A DNA stretch of 63,874 bases, filler included, from Octopus bimaculoides (GCF_001194135.2; 7 parts of 6 records of this genome joined end to end with filler, not necessarily neighbours in it); one strand, 5' to 3'; positions 48,352 through 62,430 are shown, counted from the first letter of the whole stretch. Notes: a model not told the origin generated them from the letters alone. Translations and numbers: made by a program.

Positions 48352-50519
48352 GTGACTCAACGTTTGTTTGTGTCTTCTGACGGTGATGTAGACTTTGTTG
48401 TGGTAACTGTTCTGTATCAGTTATTTCTCAATTAGTTTAATTTCTTTTTGTTTTTGTTTTAGATTTTTCTTTTATATAATCGTTGTTATATTCCTTCCTC
48501 GGTCTGCCACGTTTTACCAGCGCTATACGGATATTTAACTTTAATATATAAATAAATAAAATAGATGAGCGAGTTGGAAAAGAAACTATATCATTTAAAA
48601 TTTTGTCACACACTAATATAATTAATAAAACGAAATAAGCAATAGCTTGTGCTTGTATTTTCATTAAAGTTTGAACTTTAAAACATAGTTCGTTTGTTTT
48701 TTAAACAGTTCATATTGGAAAACTGCTTCAGTAGTTTTAAACTTTCCAAACGAAGTACTCTGATATTTTGTTTGATCTCCGGTGCAGTACAAAGTCAGAA
48801 AGATTAAGAATCACTGATCTGTACTAATATCAAATACTTTTAAAGAATATTTTGCTTAACGTAAGCGGTATTTTCCTGAAAGGTGATTGGTGTACGAACT
48901 TGAATTACGATGCTTATAATAGTTACAACATTTCTCTCAATCCAACATACTTACATCGACAATTAGAACGTTAATATTAACTCCACTGAGAATAAAGAAT
49001 TTCCGGCTAAATTCAAGAACAGTTAACACTAACCTGTTTCAAAGCAAAACAAGTATAACATTGCCAATGTTGAGTTTATGATCTTACATTGCAATTTAAT
49101 ATGTAAGCAATCAATCTAATTGGTTTGTAATATCTTATTTAGCTGGTGGCGCAGATTCATTACCTGCTAATTACTTGTGTCAGTTTCAGGAACGATTTCC
49201 TGATTACAGCTTTTGATTCTGTTCTCCCGAATATATAGGTAACACATCACCTTTCAAATTTATTAATTATGTATTTTAATTCCGGAATTATGTAGAATGT
49301 GGTCTCTTATTCCATTGAAACATCTGTTGCAGACCAAGTATGAATTATGCGCAAAATTTTATATAGTTTTAGATAGGCGCAGGCGTGGTTGTGTGGTTGA
49401 GAAACTTGCTTCTCAACCACACAGCCGCTCCTACGCCTATACTACACATACATTTCATAAGCTACAACATATTCGCACCAGCACACCTGAAACGTACCTG
49501 TTATAACTCTTTACCTCGATTTGAATGTACGTGAAGGTATCTAGAATGCCCAAACTTATTTCTGCAAACATGCTAAGCACTGAGGCTGATCATAGTTTAA
49601 TCAACAAGCGTAGGAGCGAGGTAAATGCAGCAAAAAATGGGTCAGTGAGACCCTATTTAAGTGGCCATTCAGAAATTGAACTCCTTTACGATACTCCTTA
49701 GGAGTTCATGGTATGAAATTCATTATCATTGCTCCGATTTAGGCTCCAATGCCATGTATTTAGTTTAAGATTCAGTAAAAATAAAGGGGGCAGTGAGGGC
49801 CCAATTAGGCGGCGCTTAAAAAATAGACCCCCTTAGGACATTCCCTGGCATTAGGGAAGTTGTTGATTTGAGTGTCGTTGTCCAAGCGCCAACGGTCTAG
49901 GAAGTGTTAACGAACATAAAAGCGTAACGGACAGAGATACATTATAATAGGGTATCTGCTATTTATTACGAAAAAAAAATATTGGATAAATTCATGCTTT
50001 TTTACAGATTACTGACAATAAGAAAACAACGAAAGTATGTTTCGCCAGTTATAATGCTGACAGCACCAAGGTATATAAATGTTTACATTACTTATCGAGG
50101 TATAAAACTGTTTAACATGCCCGTTTAAACCTTTCCATTTTCATCTAAACATCTGCATTTCATGTTTATGTTAAGAAATAACTATTAAATAAATATGTAA
50201 CTAGCATACACTGGCATATTGAAGAACACTAAATGGTTATCAGGTCACGAATATTTCACGAGGGTTATATTGCTATCCAAAAGCACATATGTCATTATGC
50301 TCTGTGATTAATAGGATATACTTGTGGCATACTTCCATGAACTGCAATGGCTTCTAGCAACTAGAAATATAAATTAAAATTCATCAATTGAAGCTAAATT
50401 TCCTACAATCATATTTGATTTCTATTTAGCATTTGTTCTTCAAGCAACATAAGATACTGAAGCACCATTTTCACCAAAGGATAATTACCTTCATAAATGG
50501 TAGCACCAATTACACAACA

Positions 50520-50722
50520 AAGGTGTGTGGTGTGAGAAGCCTGCTTCCCAACCACATAGTTCCTGGTTCAGTCCGATTGCATGACACCTCGAGCGAGGTG
50601 TCTTCTACTATAGCCTCGGGATTTGGTAGGTGGAAACTGAAAGAAGCTCGTCGAATATGTGTGTGTGTGTATATATTCTTTTATTCTTTTATATGTATCG
50701 GACCCGAGGGTGTGGCGGGTGT

Positions 50723-50801
<79 letters not shown>

Positions 50802-51050
50802 TGTATACATATGTATATATATGTGTATGTGTGTGTGTGAGTGTTTTTGTGTCTGTGTTTCTCCCCCAACACCGCTTGACAGCCATTATTGGTGTGCTTA
50901 CGTTCCTGTAACCTGGCGGTTCGGCATTATCGAGCGATGGAATAAGTACCAGTTTTTCAAAAATAAGTACCTGGGTCAATTCGTTCAAGGTGGTGCACCA
51001 GCATGGCGGTAGTCTAATGACTTACACAAATGGAAGGTAAAAAATAAAAA
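50520..51050 (+). mobile_element. SINE family B, full length with internal (TG)n/(CA)n microsatellite
   Basis: Head 50520-50590, body to 50655, microsatellite 50655-50850, 3' half 50860-51050. Confidence 0.85.
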
Positions 51051-51142
51051 AAAACTTTCATATGATCGATTAATATAACAACATCAACAACAAAAAACAG
51101 CATCAACAAAAACAATAATAATAATCCATTCTGGTCGCTGCC

Positions 51143-51188
<46 letters not shown>

Positions 51189-51191
51189 GAA

Positions 51192-51222
<31 letters not shown>

Positions 51223-51234
51223 AAGAAGAAGAAG
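51143..51234. repeat. (AAT)n(AAG)n microsatellite
   Basis: Direct reading; runs into a gap. Confidence 0.95.
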
Positions 51235-52179
51235 NNNNNNNNNNNNNNNNNNNNNNNNNNNNNNNNNNNNNNNNNNNNTTAATTAATTAANNNNNNNNNN
51301 NNNNNNNNNNNNNNNNNNNNNNNNNNNNNNNNNNTATATATATATATATATATGCATATACATCCGCGCACATTAATAGCGACATCGTCTTATATAAATG
51401 CTAAGTTATGTAAGCTTTCAGATGCATTTTTGCGAATTCACAACCGCCAGTATTTCAAAGCTACATTACGCTGCTAACTGTTGCTCTATCATATGACACA
51501 GCTCGAAAATCGAAGTTCAGTTACTCTGCTTTTTCAAAAATATATTTGTTACAAGGTCGGTATTAAAATTCTATACTTTATGAATCAGAACCTTATTTCA
51601 CCCGGTCTAAATAATGTATATAATTTGTTCTATATGCATTAAACATTAGTATAAGTTTACATACGTTTCTCTCTACATATTATTACTGTAGTGAGTTAAA
51701 TGCCATTTTAAGAATTAATAATGTGTAACATGTATGTCTATATAATATATAGGAGTTGTGATTGTAGGGACATCCTTTGGTATATACGGAATTGTTTTCA
51801 GTGTCTTGATACGTGGATATCTAAACTGAAGCAATTCATGCTATCTTTAAATCTCATTCGTTTGTACAATGTATATAATATTCATTTGACATATTTATTA
51901 AATAGCAAGATATGTGCAGTATCATATCATAATTACATTTTTGCATTTCTTTTGAAAGGTACCTGATTTGAAATCGTGTGTTGAAACAAATATCATTATA
52001 TGTCATGATGGTCATATTCTTGCCAATTAACCACACGAACTGTATACTTTTTCTTCACATCAGCTTCATTATTATTCTTATTTTGTGTCCTTTGGGTGAT
52101 ATCCCACGGGTTGTGTGAGAGAAAATTTCAGGCAAAGGACATGAAAATAAGAACCATGATGAAGCTAAAGTTAAGACCA

Positions 52180-54084
52180 TGTATATATTTCTCTAGCAAT
52201 CGTTCATCGTTTCTTTTTAACCAAATCCAGTAGCTAGCCGTCTCCACTGTATTTTGGATATCAATCATGGTGGTATTTACCTTACGATGAGTTAAGCCTA
52301 ACGTTAACAGCAGCCGTCTCACACTGTGTCCTACAAACCCTCTACATCCAACTTCGATTGGAAAATGCTCCGCTTTCCAACCTGCGTCTTCACATTTCTC
52401 GAGGAGGTTTACATAACGGCCAATCTTTCGAGCCCGGACGGCGTCCATATTATCTTCAGGAAGAACCGTTAACTCGACTAGATTTACGACTTTCCTTCTT
52501 TCACACCAGATTAAAACGTCCGGTTTTTCCGTAACTGGGATGGGAAAAAATGCCTGGCACCCAGGTAAATCTGCAGTCACTTCCCAATAGGCGTTCCAGT
52601 TTTCATCTCTCACAGGAAGTTTCTTCTTCTTTTTCTTGAAACGGATCCGCTGACCTGAGCGCACGAAGGTAAAAAAAAAAATCTCTAGATGGTTCTTTCA
52701 ACGGTTTTTTTCTCAGTGTTGTTGAGATGAATTTGTTTCTTCATAGCATTGAAGATAACCTTCAGGACCAGGTTATGTCTCCATGTATACCTATTCAATG
52801 CTAAGGAACAGTTGGAAAGAATATGTTTCAGTGTTCAGACCTTTTCGCATTTGCATATGTCATTCTCTGAGACGTTCCATCTTACGAGATTCGTAGGTTA
52901 CGGCAAAACATCATAGGATAAAGGAATCAGAAAATTTAGCCGAGATGTCGTCCACTTCCCTATTTCATCCTAACGTACTTTCCTCTCAACAACACGTTCT
53001 TCCTATCTCTTCATCTGTCCTTCTTGACTACATCGGATGAAATGAAGCTCTCTTCTCTCTGCTTCTCTTGTTTTGACGCTGTTGCTAACAACAGATCTGC
53101 GTTCGTTCTGCATCATACTTGCAAACGGTCTGAGCTGATTTGCGCCAAAACCAAGTCCACTCCGATGCTTCTGTGTTGGACCCACCATATCTCTGTGTAT
53201 AAGAGAATACAAAATGTCATTAGTCTCTGCTTCTGCTTTCCGCTTCCTTGTTGTTTTCACCTCTGGTGGGTTACGCCTGGTTTCCGTATCCTTCGATTCT
53301 GTCAGCATCATCACCGTCCGTATCTTCCCTAGTTTGTATATTTCGACTATTGAGGCTAGTGGTAACTGCAATGAACCTCTTTTACGATAAATAGCTGAAC
53401 TGTTCAACATCCGAGGTAGGCCTAGCCACTTTCTAATGAACACATTGCATTCTTGTTCAATGATCTGAACTTGTGACAAGGCTACCTCGTATATTAAAAG
53501 TGGCCACGAAAATCGCGGGAACAAACCGAACTGCAAGCACCAAATTTTATAGTTACCTAGTAAATTCGAGTTATCAATCGCTGATAATGGAGCCTCGGCT
53601 AGTTTCATAATTTCCATTCCGCGACTTCTATCTGACAATGTCCCAGCGTATACTCGCCACAAGCTCTTGACAGGTTCTTCGTTGACTGTTGGAATGCTTC
53701 CTTCAGCTATTCAAAACTTCAATTCTTTCTGCATTCCCTTAAGAAATGTCACACTACGCAACTTTTTTGCTCTAAACCGCATCCTTGACCACCTGACAAG
53801 TTCGTCTAGTCTCAGGAGGGCATTCTGCATGACTTGTTTATCTGTAGCTAGAAGTGTCACGTCATCCATGAAGGCTTTCTTAGGCAATTGTACATGGGCG
53901 ATTTCTTCCGAAAAAACCACCGCTTTCAAAATCAACTCCGTGACTAAGACAAATCACGTGACAAATATTGTACAGCCAGCAACAATGTCAATCTCCAATC
54001 GGTGCCAATCTGTTGTAAAATCTCCAGCTGTTAACATCATTTCCAAACTGTCATAGTACATCCTCACTATTTTGATCATATATA
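52180..54084 (-). pseudogene. HERO-like non-LTR retrotransposon (RT, CCHC knuckle, restriction-like endonuclease), 5' part lost in a gap
   Basis: One frame with several stops: AGCTIFV, KAFMDDVTLL, YKIWCLQFGLFPRFSWPLLIYEV, CKCEKV*TLKHILSNC, RYTWRHN.VL. After a frameshift: KPDVLIW..LVELTV..ERK-like RARKIGRY..IEVGCRGF..ASYWIWLKR. Confidence 0.88.
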
Positions 54085-54340
54085 NNNNNNNNNNNNNNNN
54101 NNNNNNNNNNNNNNNNNNNNNNNNNNNNNNNNNNNNNNNNNNNNNNNNNNNNNNNNNNNNNNNNNNNNNNNNNNNNNNNNNNNNNNNNNNNNNNNNNNNN
54201 NNNNNNNNNNNNNNNNNNNNNNNNNNNNNNNNNNNNNNNNNNNNNNNNNNNNNNNNNNNNNNNNNNNNNNNNCATACATACATACATACATACATATATA
54301 TATATACATATATATACATGTAAAGGTGTGTGAGTGCATA

Positions 54341-56185
54341 ATGAAAATAATTAGAAAATAGCGGAAACCACAGATTAACCATTACATCGGTTGGACCACA
54401 TTTATAGCTTATTTCTTAATAGAAAGCATGACATAACAAAATAGGTGACGTAACATATTACCCGGCCGTTACTGATGAGATTGCCAAAATGCAGCCTATA
54501 CTTCCAAGCGAGAATAAAATTCTTCACCTTCATGGGGTATTCGAATTAAAGTAACGGATCTTCATCGGAGTGAAAGAGCATATAATATAAACAAAAGGAA
54601 GAAGGCATATGAAAGATGAACATGGCTTAGACAAGGGGTCTAAAAGCCTAATAGGTTAAGAGCAAATAATTATTTACTATTAGGATTACAGGTTGATCTA
54701 ATAAAAGTCTAGGGAATATTACAACTTATTAATGGATAGGTGTAATTCTAAGGGACCGGGGTCAGGGTGTTTAAAAAGAAGTAATCAAGAAACTATATAT
54801 AAGGGAAATACTAACATGATTATGAAAGGGAAGTGCCTATGCTACCAGGGTAAACTCAAGTAAAAGTAAGCAATTATCATAGGGAGCTAAAGAAAAAATA
54901 TTACGCAAAGAAATTTATACCCAGAATCCCACCTATGACGCAAAATGCTTGAGTCAAGGTAATTTTTCTAACTGTACTAATCTGCTTGTGGATCTGGAAT
55001 TAATTGTTCACATTAGTGCCATCATATTCTTTTCAATTGGTTCATAATGATAGGAACTATATACTTTAATGACTATGTAATGCTTATGAAGCTTCCTTAG
55101 GGCATTGCTGATTACTAGGGAGTTTGATTATTTGATATTATTTCAGCGTGTGACTTAGCCTTATATATTATCCACCTAATTGTAGGTGCCATTTTATTTG
55201 TTCATTGTAGAGCACCTAGGATGAATTTTGCTTACGGACATGTATATACCTAATTATTTCTATAATTTGCTATATACGAAATTTATCTCAATTTCTTTCC
55301 CTACCAGTGTCCATCTAACTGTTTTGAATTACCAGTACTAGTTGCCTCCCCTTAACTTCTAACCTACAGTCTCCTTAATTCTTCCCTCATGCATGTTATA
55401 ACTTTAAGATGCTGAAAGAAATAAATTGCCCTCAAGATCAATGTATTGACTCATCTTTTTTTCTTTTTTTTCTTTTCTTATTTCATAAACAAATCATTTG
55501 TAACGGTTTTAACATGTGACCCCAGTTCAAATTGTAACCGGCCAATTATAGAGACCATTGGACTTAGACTTGTCCCATTGTGGGTCATAGGTGGGATTCT
55601 CGGTATAAATTTCTGTGAGCAAATTTTTTTCATTAGTTCCCTACGATAATTGTTTACTTTTACTGAGTTTACTCCGTTAGCATAGGTATTTCCCTTTCAT
55701 AATCATGTTAGTATTTTCCTTATGTATAGTTTCTTGATAACTTCTTTTTAAACACCCTGATCCAACCCCCTTAAAATTGCACCTATCTGTTAATAAATTG
55801 TAGTATTTCCTAGACCTTTATTAGCTCACATTGTATTCCGAGTAGTAAATAATTATTTGCTCTTAAAAAAAATGGGCCTCTAAACAACTTGTCGAAGCCA
55901 TGTTTTTCTTTCCTTTTCCTTCTTCTTTTTATGTATATTATATGGTCTTGTTTTTCACTCTGATGAAGATCCGTTGCCTTAATTCGAATGCTCTATGAAG
56001 ATGAAGAATTTTATTCTTGCGTTTATGTATAAACTACATTTTGGCAATCTAATCAGTAACGGCCGGAAAATTGTCACGTTACCTATTTTGTTATGCAAGG
56101 CTTTGTATTAAAAAATAAGGTAAAATGTGGTCCAACCCATGTGTTGGTTAATCTGTGGTTTTCTCCCTTTTCTAATTATTTGCAT
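54341..56185. repeat. Long inverted repeat (arms about 54341-54950 and 55570-56185, spacer about 620 bp)
   Basis: Collinear reverse-complement blocks throughout, for example AACCACAGATTAACC/GGTTAATCTGTGGTT and CCGGCCGTTACTGAT/ATCAGTAACGGCCGG; roughly 80 percent identity by eye. Confidence 0.9.
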
Positions 56186-56883
56186 TTGTTCGTGATAAAC
56201 TCTTGTTTTTCTTATTTTTATCTGCACTCTAGGTGTTTGGTGTGTCTGCACTCCATTGCCCGTGGATAATACTGGTAACGGATACCGATAGTATATACGC
56301 ATATTTTCATCCCTTAATCGGTTACTATAACCGCTGACTCACCCCCTCCTCTCTCTCTTCATATATANNNNNNNNNNNNNNNNNNNNNNNNNNNNNNNNN
56401 NNNNNNNNNNNTTAATTAATTAANNNNNNNNNNNNNNNNNNNNNNNNNNNNNNNNNNNNNNNNNNNNGTAAAGAGGAATGAAACACACGATTCTTGCTGT
56501 GGCAGACGGTAAGACATGTGGCATATATTCTAACTCTTACATTCTTAGTTCAAAATGAAACTCATCATCAATAAACGATGACACTCCAGACAGATTGCGA
56601 CTGAGACATAGTGTCAATAATCTGCAAATCTGATAGACGGACAGACAAATAGACGGATGGATGGGGGAATGAATGAAAAATACATAAATGTATATATTAT
56701 AAACCAAAGAAGAAAATGATAAATGCATCTGTTATTGTTGGTACGTCCTGACAGATTCGAACTTCAGGTCACTGATGTATTTTAGCAACAGAGAACAATC
56801 TAACCCTTATTCCGTCTTAAAGAAATTTAATAGCATTTTTAAGAAGTGCACACAATATATGTCAAACATTTTATAATTAATAA

Positions 56884-57133
56884 GGTAATCTTCAAGTTTA
56901 GGGGGATTAAAAAATAAATAAAAATATTCAAGGGAAGTAACTGAACATCTTACCAGTATTCTTCGTACATCTCTGTTTATAAATAAATCACACACGTGAT
57001 TTGATTGACGTTAGGGTTAGGGTGTGATTTATTTATAAACAGCTAGAAGAAAACGGATAATACTGGTAAGTTGTTCAGTTATTTCCCTTGAATGTTTTTA
57101 TTTATTTTCCCCCCCCTAAACTTGAAGATTACC
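56884..57133. mobile_element. Palindromic Merlin-like MITE with TTAGGG units in the loop
   Basis: GGTAATC...GATTACC termini, arms of about 110 bp, exact 8-bp TSD ATTAATAA at 56876-56883 and 57134-57141. Confidence 0.8.
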
Positions 57134-58464
57134 ATTAATAAAATACTATGCAAAATCTCCGTTCGTTGAGGAGTAAAATTATCAGTGAGTTACATAATTA
57201 ATTGATTTATTTTTTAAAATGCAGCAAATATTGAACTTTTCAATCCTCACTTATGAAATAAATAGTCGTATCAAATGGAAAGAAAACGAACACTTTATTC
57301 AACATTCCTATCCTCGTCTGTAAATTATAAATAACGTAAATACGATGTATGGAGTTGACAAATCGATGTGGGGTCTCATAAAAAATTTACATTAAAGACA
57401 ATCACGATTTGTTATTCGTTTGGCTGTTTAATATCGATTACTTTTTTTGTCAATGTTTTCACAGGTGTTTTATTTTCAAAACTATTCATTGTTTTAGATA
57501 TTACCGTTGGTGAATATTTGATGTTAATGTTTTGAAACGCTGACACATGTACGTTAGCCGTCTAGCCTATCTTCACTAACCACGTTCACCAACTGTCTAA
57601 ATCTAATGTTGCTTTCTGTCATACGACATTATTATATTTTACAAAACATTAACAAATATTGACAAGGTTGATATGATGCAAAGCTATAATTAAGTAAAAA
57701 GAAAATGAACGAAAAATTCATCAACTAAATTATTAATAATATCAAGTGTTTTTAGTATTATTTTTTTCCACATTGTCGATGTTTATGATTGAAAGTAATT
57801 TGGAGTGTCGAATTCAATGCACACAACTAATTCGGTCCCACAAAATACACTTCAAATTAAATAATTCATCTCTAATAGTATTTCACCACATTATATGTAT
57901 TAAGGAATGAAGTGGATCACATTTATCTACTCCATTCCCTAATGCATATTTATATATGCATTTAGCATATATCTATATATATATATATAAAATTCATTAA
58001 TAAGGGTAGAAATTGATATTAATCAATTAAAACCAGTGGTCTAGCATATCAAAAAAATCCGAAGATTAAAATTATATTACATACAAAAATAAGAGGAATG
58101 ACCAGCAAAAGTGGACTCCTGCAAAAATTTATTAACTGCAGAGTTATTTCCGGATCTAGCGCGCTAGATTGAAGACATTTGAAAGGATACACTGAATGTA
58201 ATTTGTATAAAAAGGGAGATAAATATTGGAAACTGTACGCGGACATAAAAAGCTACCGGATATTTCGGAGTACAAAGACTTAATAAAGCAACATGGAATG
58301 GATGTATTAAGGGACACAACTTATAAATGGTAAAAGGAAGAAATGAGGCTGCTCAGTGGGATAAGTAGCCCATTTTCATATTCATTTCATTGTTATCATG
58401 CATGTACATCATACGATTTTAATTTTAATTTTTATATTTATTTGTGTGTTATTTTTGAATGTCT

Positions 58465-59030
58465 GAGCCGGAAAATACGCTTAACGGTATTTCGTTGGCT
58501 TTTATCATTTCGGGGCCGATAAAATAATTACCTGTCGAACGGTGGAGGCCGATGTAATCGATTTATCCTCTCCCTCAAACTTAGGGTCCTCGTGCCAAAA
58601 TTTAATAACACTATGGCAGCTCGTAGAGTGATTCATGTAAAAGATGTCTTGTACGATTTCATTTCTAGACAAGGCCTACAGATATGTTTAGTACAAAAAT
58701 TAGAAATAAAATAAAATAGAATGGAGTAAATAGAGAACTAGTTTGATTCAAAACGACATGGAGGAATGTGGTAAACAACTTTCTGGTTCAGAGGACGAGT
58801 AAGAGTTGTATAACTGCAGAGCAGATCGGTGAGCTAGAACTCAATCTGATAGTGGTTGCAATATGTTAGCAAACAGGCGAGCTGGCAGAAAGCGTCAGCA
58901 CGCCGGTATTTTGTCTGTCTTTACGTTCTAAGTTCAAATTCCTTGACAAATTAAGTACCAGTTCCGTACTGGAGTCGGTGTAATCTACTAGCCCCCTCCC
59001 CCAAAATCTCGAGCCTAGAGTAGAAAAGAA
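58465..59030 (+). mobile_element. Two degenerate SINE family A copies (58465-58610 and 58874-59030)
   Basis: Head GGCGAGCTGGCAGAA at about 58876; tails CCCTCCCCCAAAATCTCGAGCC. Confidence 0.7.
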
Positions 59031-60324
59031 TATGTTAGCGAACAGTCTTTCGGATGATGCCTATATATGGGTCTTTATGGGTTAATTTTGATTCATTTTC
59101 TCTATAGTTGTAACATCAGTGACCTCAGAATACAAACGTTATTCCAAGAGTTTTATGAAATATTCAGATGAAATATGTCTTATCCTGAATCTTGTGTCTT
59201 CCTATAATAACAGCAATGTGCTATTATTATTTTGTCAGTTTATTTGTTTTTATTTATCAATTTGAAGTCGATGTATTTTAAACATAGTTGAAACTTTGTT
59301 CAGCTGCAACGTAAATACAACATCAAACATTTTCTCTATTTTTTTTTAATTTTGTTATTGTTATGCACTATAGATATTCTAATATCCTACAGATATTGTA
59401 TTATCTTACAAATATTACTTTCTCTCTTGATGGTATATATTTTATTAATCAACAGTATCTACCTAGCATGACATTGGATATTACTTTTTTTTTATACCAT
59501 TTAATAATACCGCATGCGAGTCTACTGCTGACAAACGCTTATAAGTTTTAGAGAGCTTATATTTTCAATTAGATATTAAAATCTTCCTCTACTGTAAGTT
59601 AATTCAATAGAACAAAACGCCCGTATCTAAAATACGATATTCAGACAAAGAAAAAACTTTAACTGGTAGTTTAAGCTTCCGGAGGATTTTGTATATTAGT
59701 TTGAATACGAATAATACGAGTAAACAATTTCTGTTTTTATTTAGTTCTACTTCATTTTCTCTGAGAAGACCCGTTACATTGTGCATATGTACTTAAGTAA
59801 TTGAATATTGCAAACATCAAAACCACAATAAAAAAGCTTAGCTATTCTATCTTCCACTAAACTTTCATACAACATTAACATTAAACTGAATAACTATTTT
59901 GAAAATATTCGCGATTTTTATTTGGTATTTTTTTATCTACGACTCAGAAAAATATAGGACCTATTGTTTCGGTTTTTGATGCAAGTTTAAAAATTTAATT
60001 AGACCACTTCTAATATATTTGATTTCAAAGCGTTATATTATAATCAGTCTTCTTTGTATTTCTGTCATTTGTATAAAGCTTTGTTCCCTAAAAATTGTAA
60101 GCAATAGAACTATTTGTCTGATAGAGGCATCATTTTTCCTTATCAATTATTTTAATGGTTTTCTATCTACAGAATACGAACCATTTTCGGAGATTAGCAG
60201 TCAGTTGTTATGAAACGATGAAAGGANNNNNNNNNNTGAAAACCTCGCCCGTGGGAACAACTGCACCCGCGAGACTATTTTATTGCGCCCTTAAGCTGAT
60301 GTACTCATATATACAAAATATACT

Positions 60325-60435
60325 CTTTTACTCTTTTACTTGTTTCAGTCATTTGACTGCGGCCATGCTGGGGCACCGCCTTTTAGTCGAGCAAATCGAC
60401 CCCAGGACTTATTCTTTGTAAGCCTAGTACTTATT
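60325..60435 (-). mobile_element. SINE family B 3' fragment
   Basis: Nearly identical to 42385-42500. Confidence 0.85.
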
Positions 60436-60580
60436 TCAATTATAAAATTTATACAATATACGTTTGCCTATTTGCGACATAGGTTGCGTTTCCACTACGA
60501 CTTATAACGGTTAGACTCGAACAGAAATCGTCCTGTAATTGCCATTTGAATGGAAATTTTGTTATCACTATAAAACACAT

Positions 60581-60814
60581 TTATTTCCTTATTGCCCACA
60601 GGGGGCTAAACATAGAGGGGAAAAACAAGGACAGACAAAGAGATTAAGTCGATTACATCAATCCAAATGCGTAACTGGTACTTATTTAATCGATTTCGAA
60701 AGGATGAAAGGCAAAGTCGACCTCAGCGGAGTTGGAACTCAGAACGTAACGGCAGACGAAATACTGTAAAGCTTTTCGCCTGGCGTGCTAACGATTTTGC
60801 CAGCTCACCGCCCT
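60581..60814 (-). mobile_element. SINE family A, young-tail copy with 14-bp TSD
   Basis: ACTATAAAACACAT at 60567-60580 and 60815-60828. Confidence 0.93.
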
Positions 60815-61215
60815 ACTATAAAACACATATTGCTATGTTTGTACCACCCCCTTGAAACTCAGCTGCCCTCCAGCTGAAAGATATAGAATACCTCGTAAGT
60901 AATATAAACGTCCTAAATTAAGTGGTGATGCTAATGAAGACGTTACACATTAATTTAATGTGATAAACTCATCTTCATTAATGTACATCAAATTATGCAT
61001 AGATATACACAAGATTTACACAGATATAAGATTTAGATCCTGTGACCAGCCCACGGATCTTTCTCTTTGAAAATGTTTGCCCGCCACACCAAAAATCCAC
61101 CACCACCCCTGATTTAGACAGTTCCTGTCTAAATGACCTTTCTTGTTTGTTTTTTTTTGTTTCTTTTTATTTTGAATTCGTTACATATATGTGTAGACAG
61201 ACAGACAAGCTGACT

Positions 61216-61260
<45 letters not shown>

Positions 61261-62430
61261 TGTCTTTGTATATACACAAATATAACCGTTCAGTATTGAC
61301 TCTCAGGAGAAAAGTCTACTCGATATCATTGTTGAGATTAATATTATTATATTTTAGTAGATTAAGTCTCTGGTTACTCTGAAATTACGCACTGGGGTCG
61401 ATGTAAACGACTTAATCCCTTTGTCCTTCCTTTTCTGTCCCCTGTATGTTTAGCCACAGGTGGGCAATAAATATATGTAGTTCCTATCGTAGGATATGAA
61501 GATGGGATGAAGTGGAAAAAGGAAAGAGAAAGGATAGCAGTAAGAAAGCGCAACAGAAAGATAAAGATAACGAGAAAGTAGAATGGAGGAGGAGGAGGAA
61601 GAAATAAAAGGTGTGATTCGTGGAAGGATGAAGTAGGGAAGTGGGTGTTAGAATGGTGGAAGAATTAAATGGGGAAAAAATTTCAATAGGGTAATATATG
61701 AGTATATGGATAAACTTGGAACCAGTGGCGAAAGAAACAACGATAACATTTAAATGTTGAGATAGATAAATGAATAGATGATAAAACGATTATAGTTACA
61801 TGAAAATTAAGATTAACAGAACTATAAAGAAACATGAACAGCAGAGTGTGCTGATTTAGAGAAATGGTCAATTATCCAAAGGTACGTCGGTGGCAATTAA
61901 AGAAAATAAAAACATCAGAGGAGTAAACACAATACAAATTAACCAGCTGCTATACTTTTCCTATTGAATTCTCTTACGTTCTGCATTCAAAAGTATCACA
62001 AATTGCTACCATTCTACAGAAAACCAAAACTGTAGGCGGCGAACTGGCAATGTCGCACAAAAACAGAACAAATACTTTCTATTTTTTTCTAGATCTTCAT
62101 ATTTTGAGTTTAAATCGCTTCGATGCGAAATTTTGCCATTCTTCCAATTTGGGGTCAGTAAAATAAAGAAATATTAGAACAGAGGTATCTACTAATACAC
62201 AACCGAATCCTTATGTTAGTGCTTGCGTATGTGCTTGGGTATTCATGCAGTATACATGTACGTGTACATAGCTCGATTTATTTCGGCATGTGTATGTCTG
62301 TTGACGTGTTTGTATGTACGTGTGTATAAGNNNNNNNNNNNNNNNNNNNNNNNNNNNNNNNNNNNNNNNNNNNNTTAATTAATTAANNNNNNNNNNNNNN
62401 NNNNNNNNNNNNNNNNNNNNNNNNNNNNNN

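Noticed and set aside
52880-53010. TGG-to-TAG stops in the HERO-like ORF as a sign of targeted deamination
   Set aside because: Two events are compatible with ordinary neutral decay.
55960-56000. CTGATGAAGATCCG in the long inverted repeat (and CTGATGAGA at 54472) as hammerheads
   Set aside because: There is no closing stem II followed by GAAA and no GUH with a pairing stem I.
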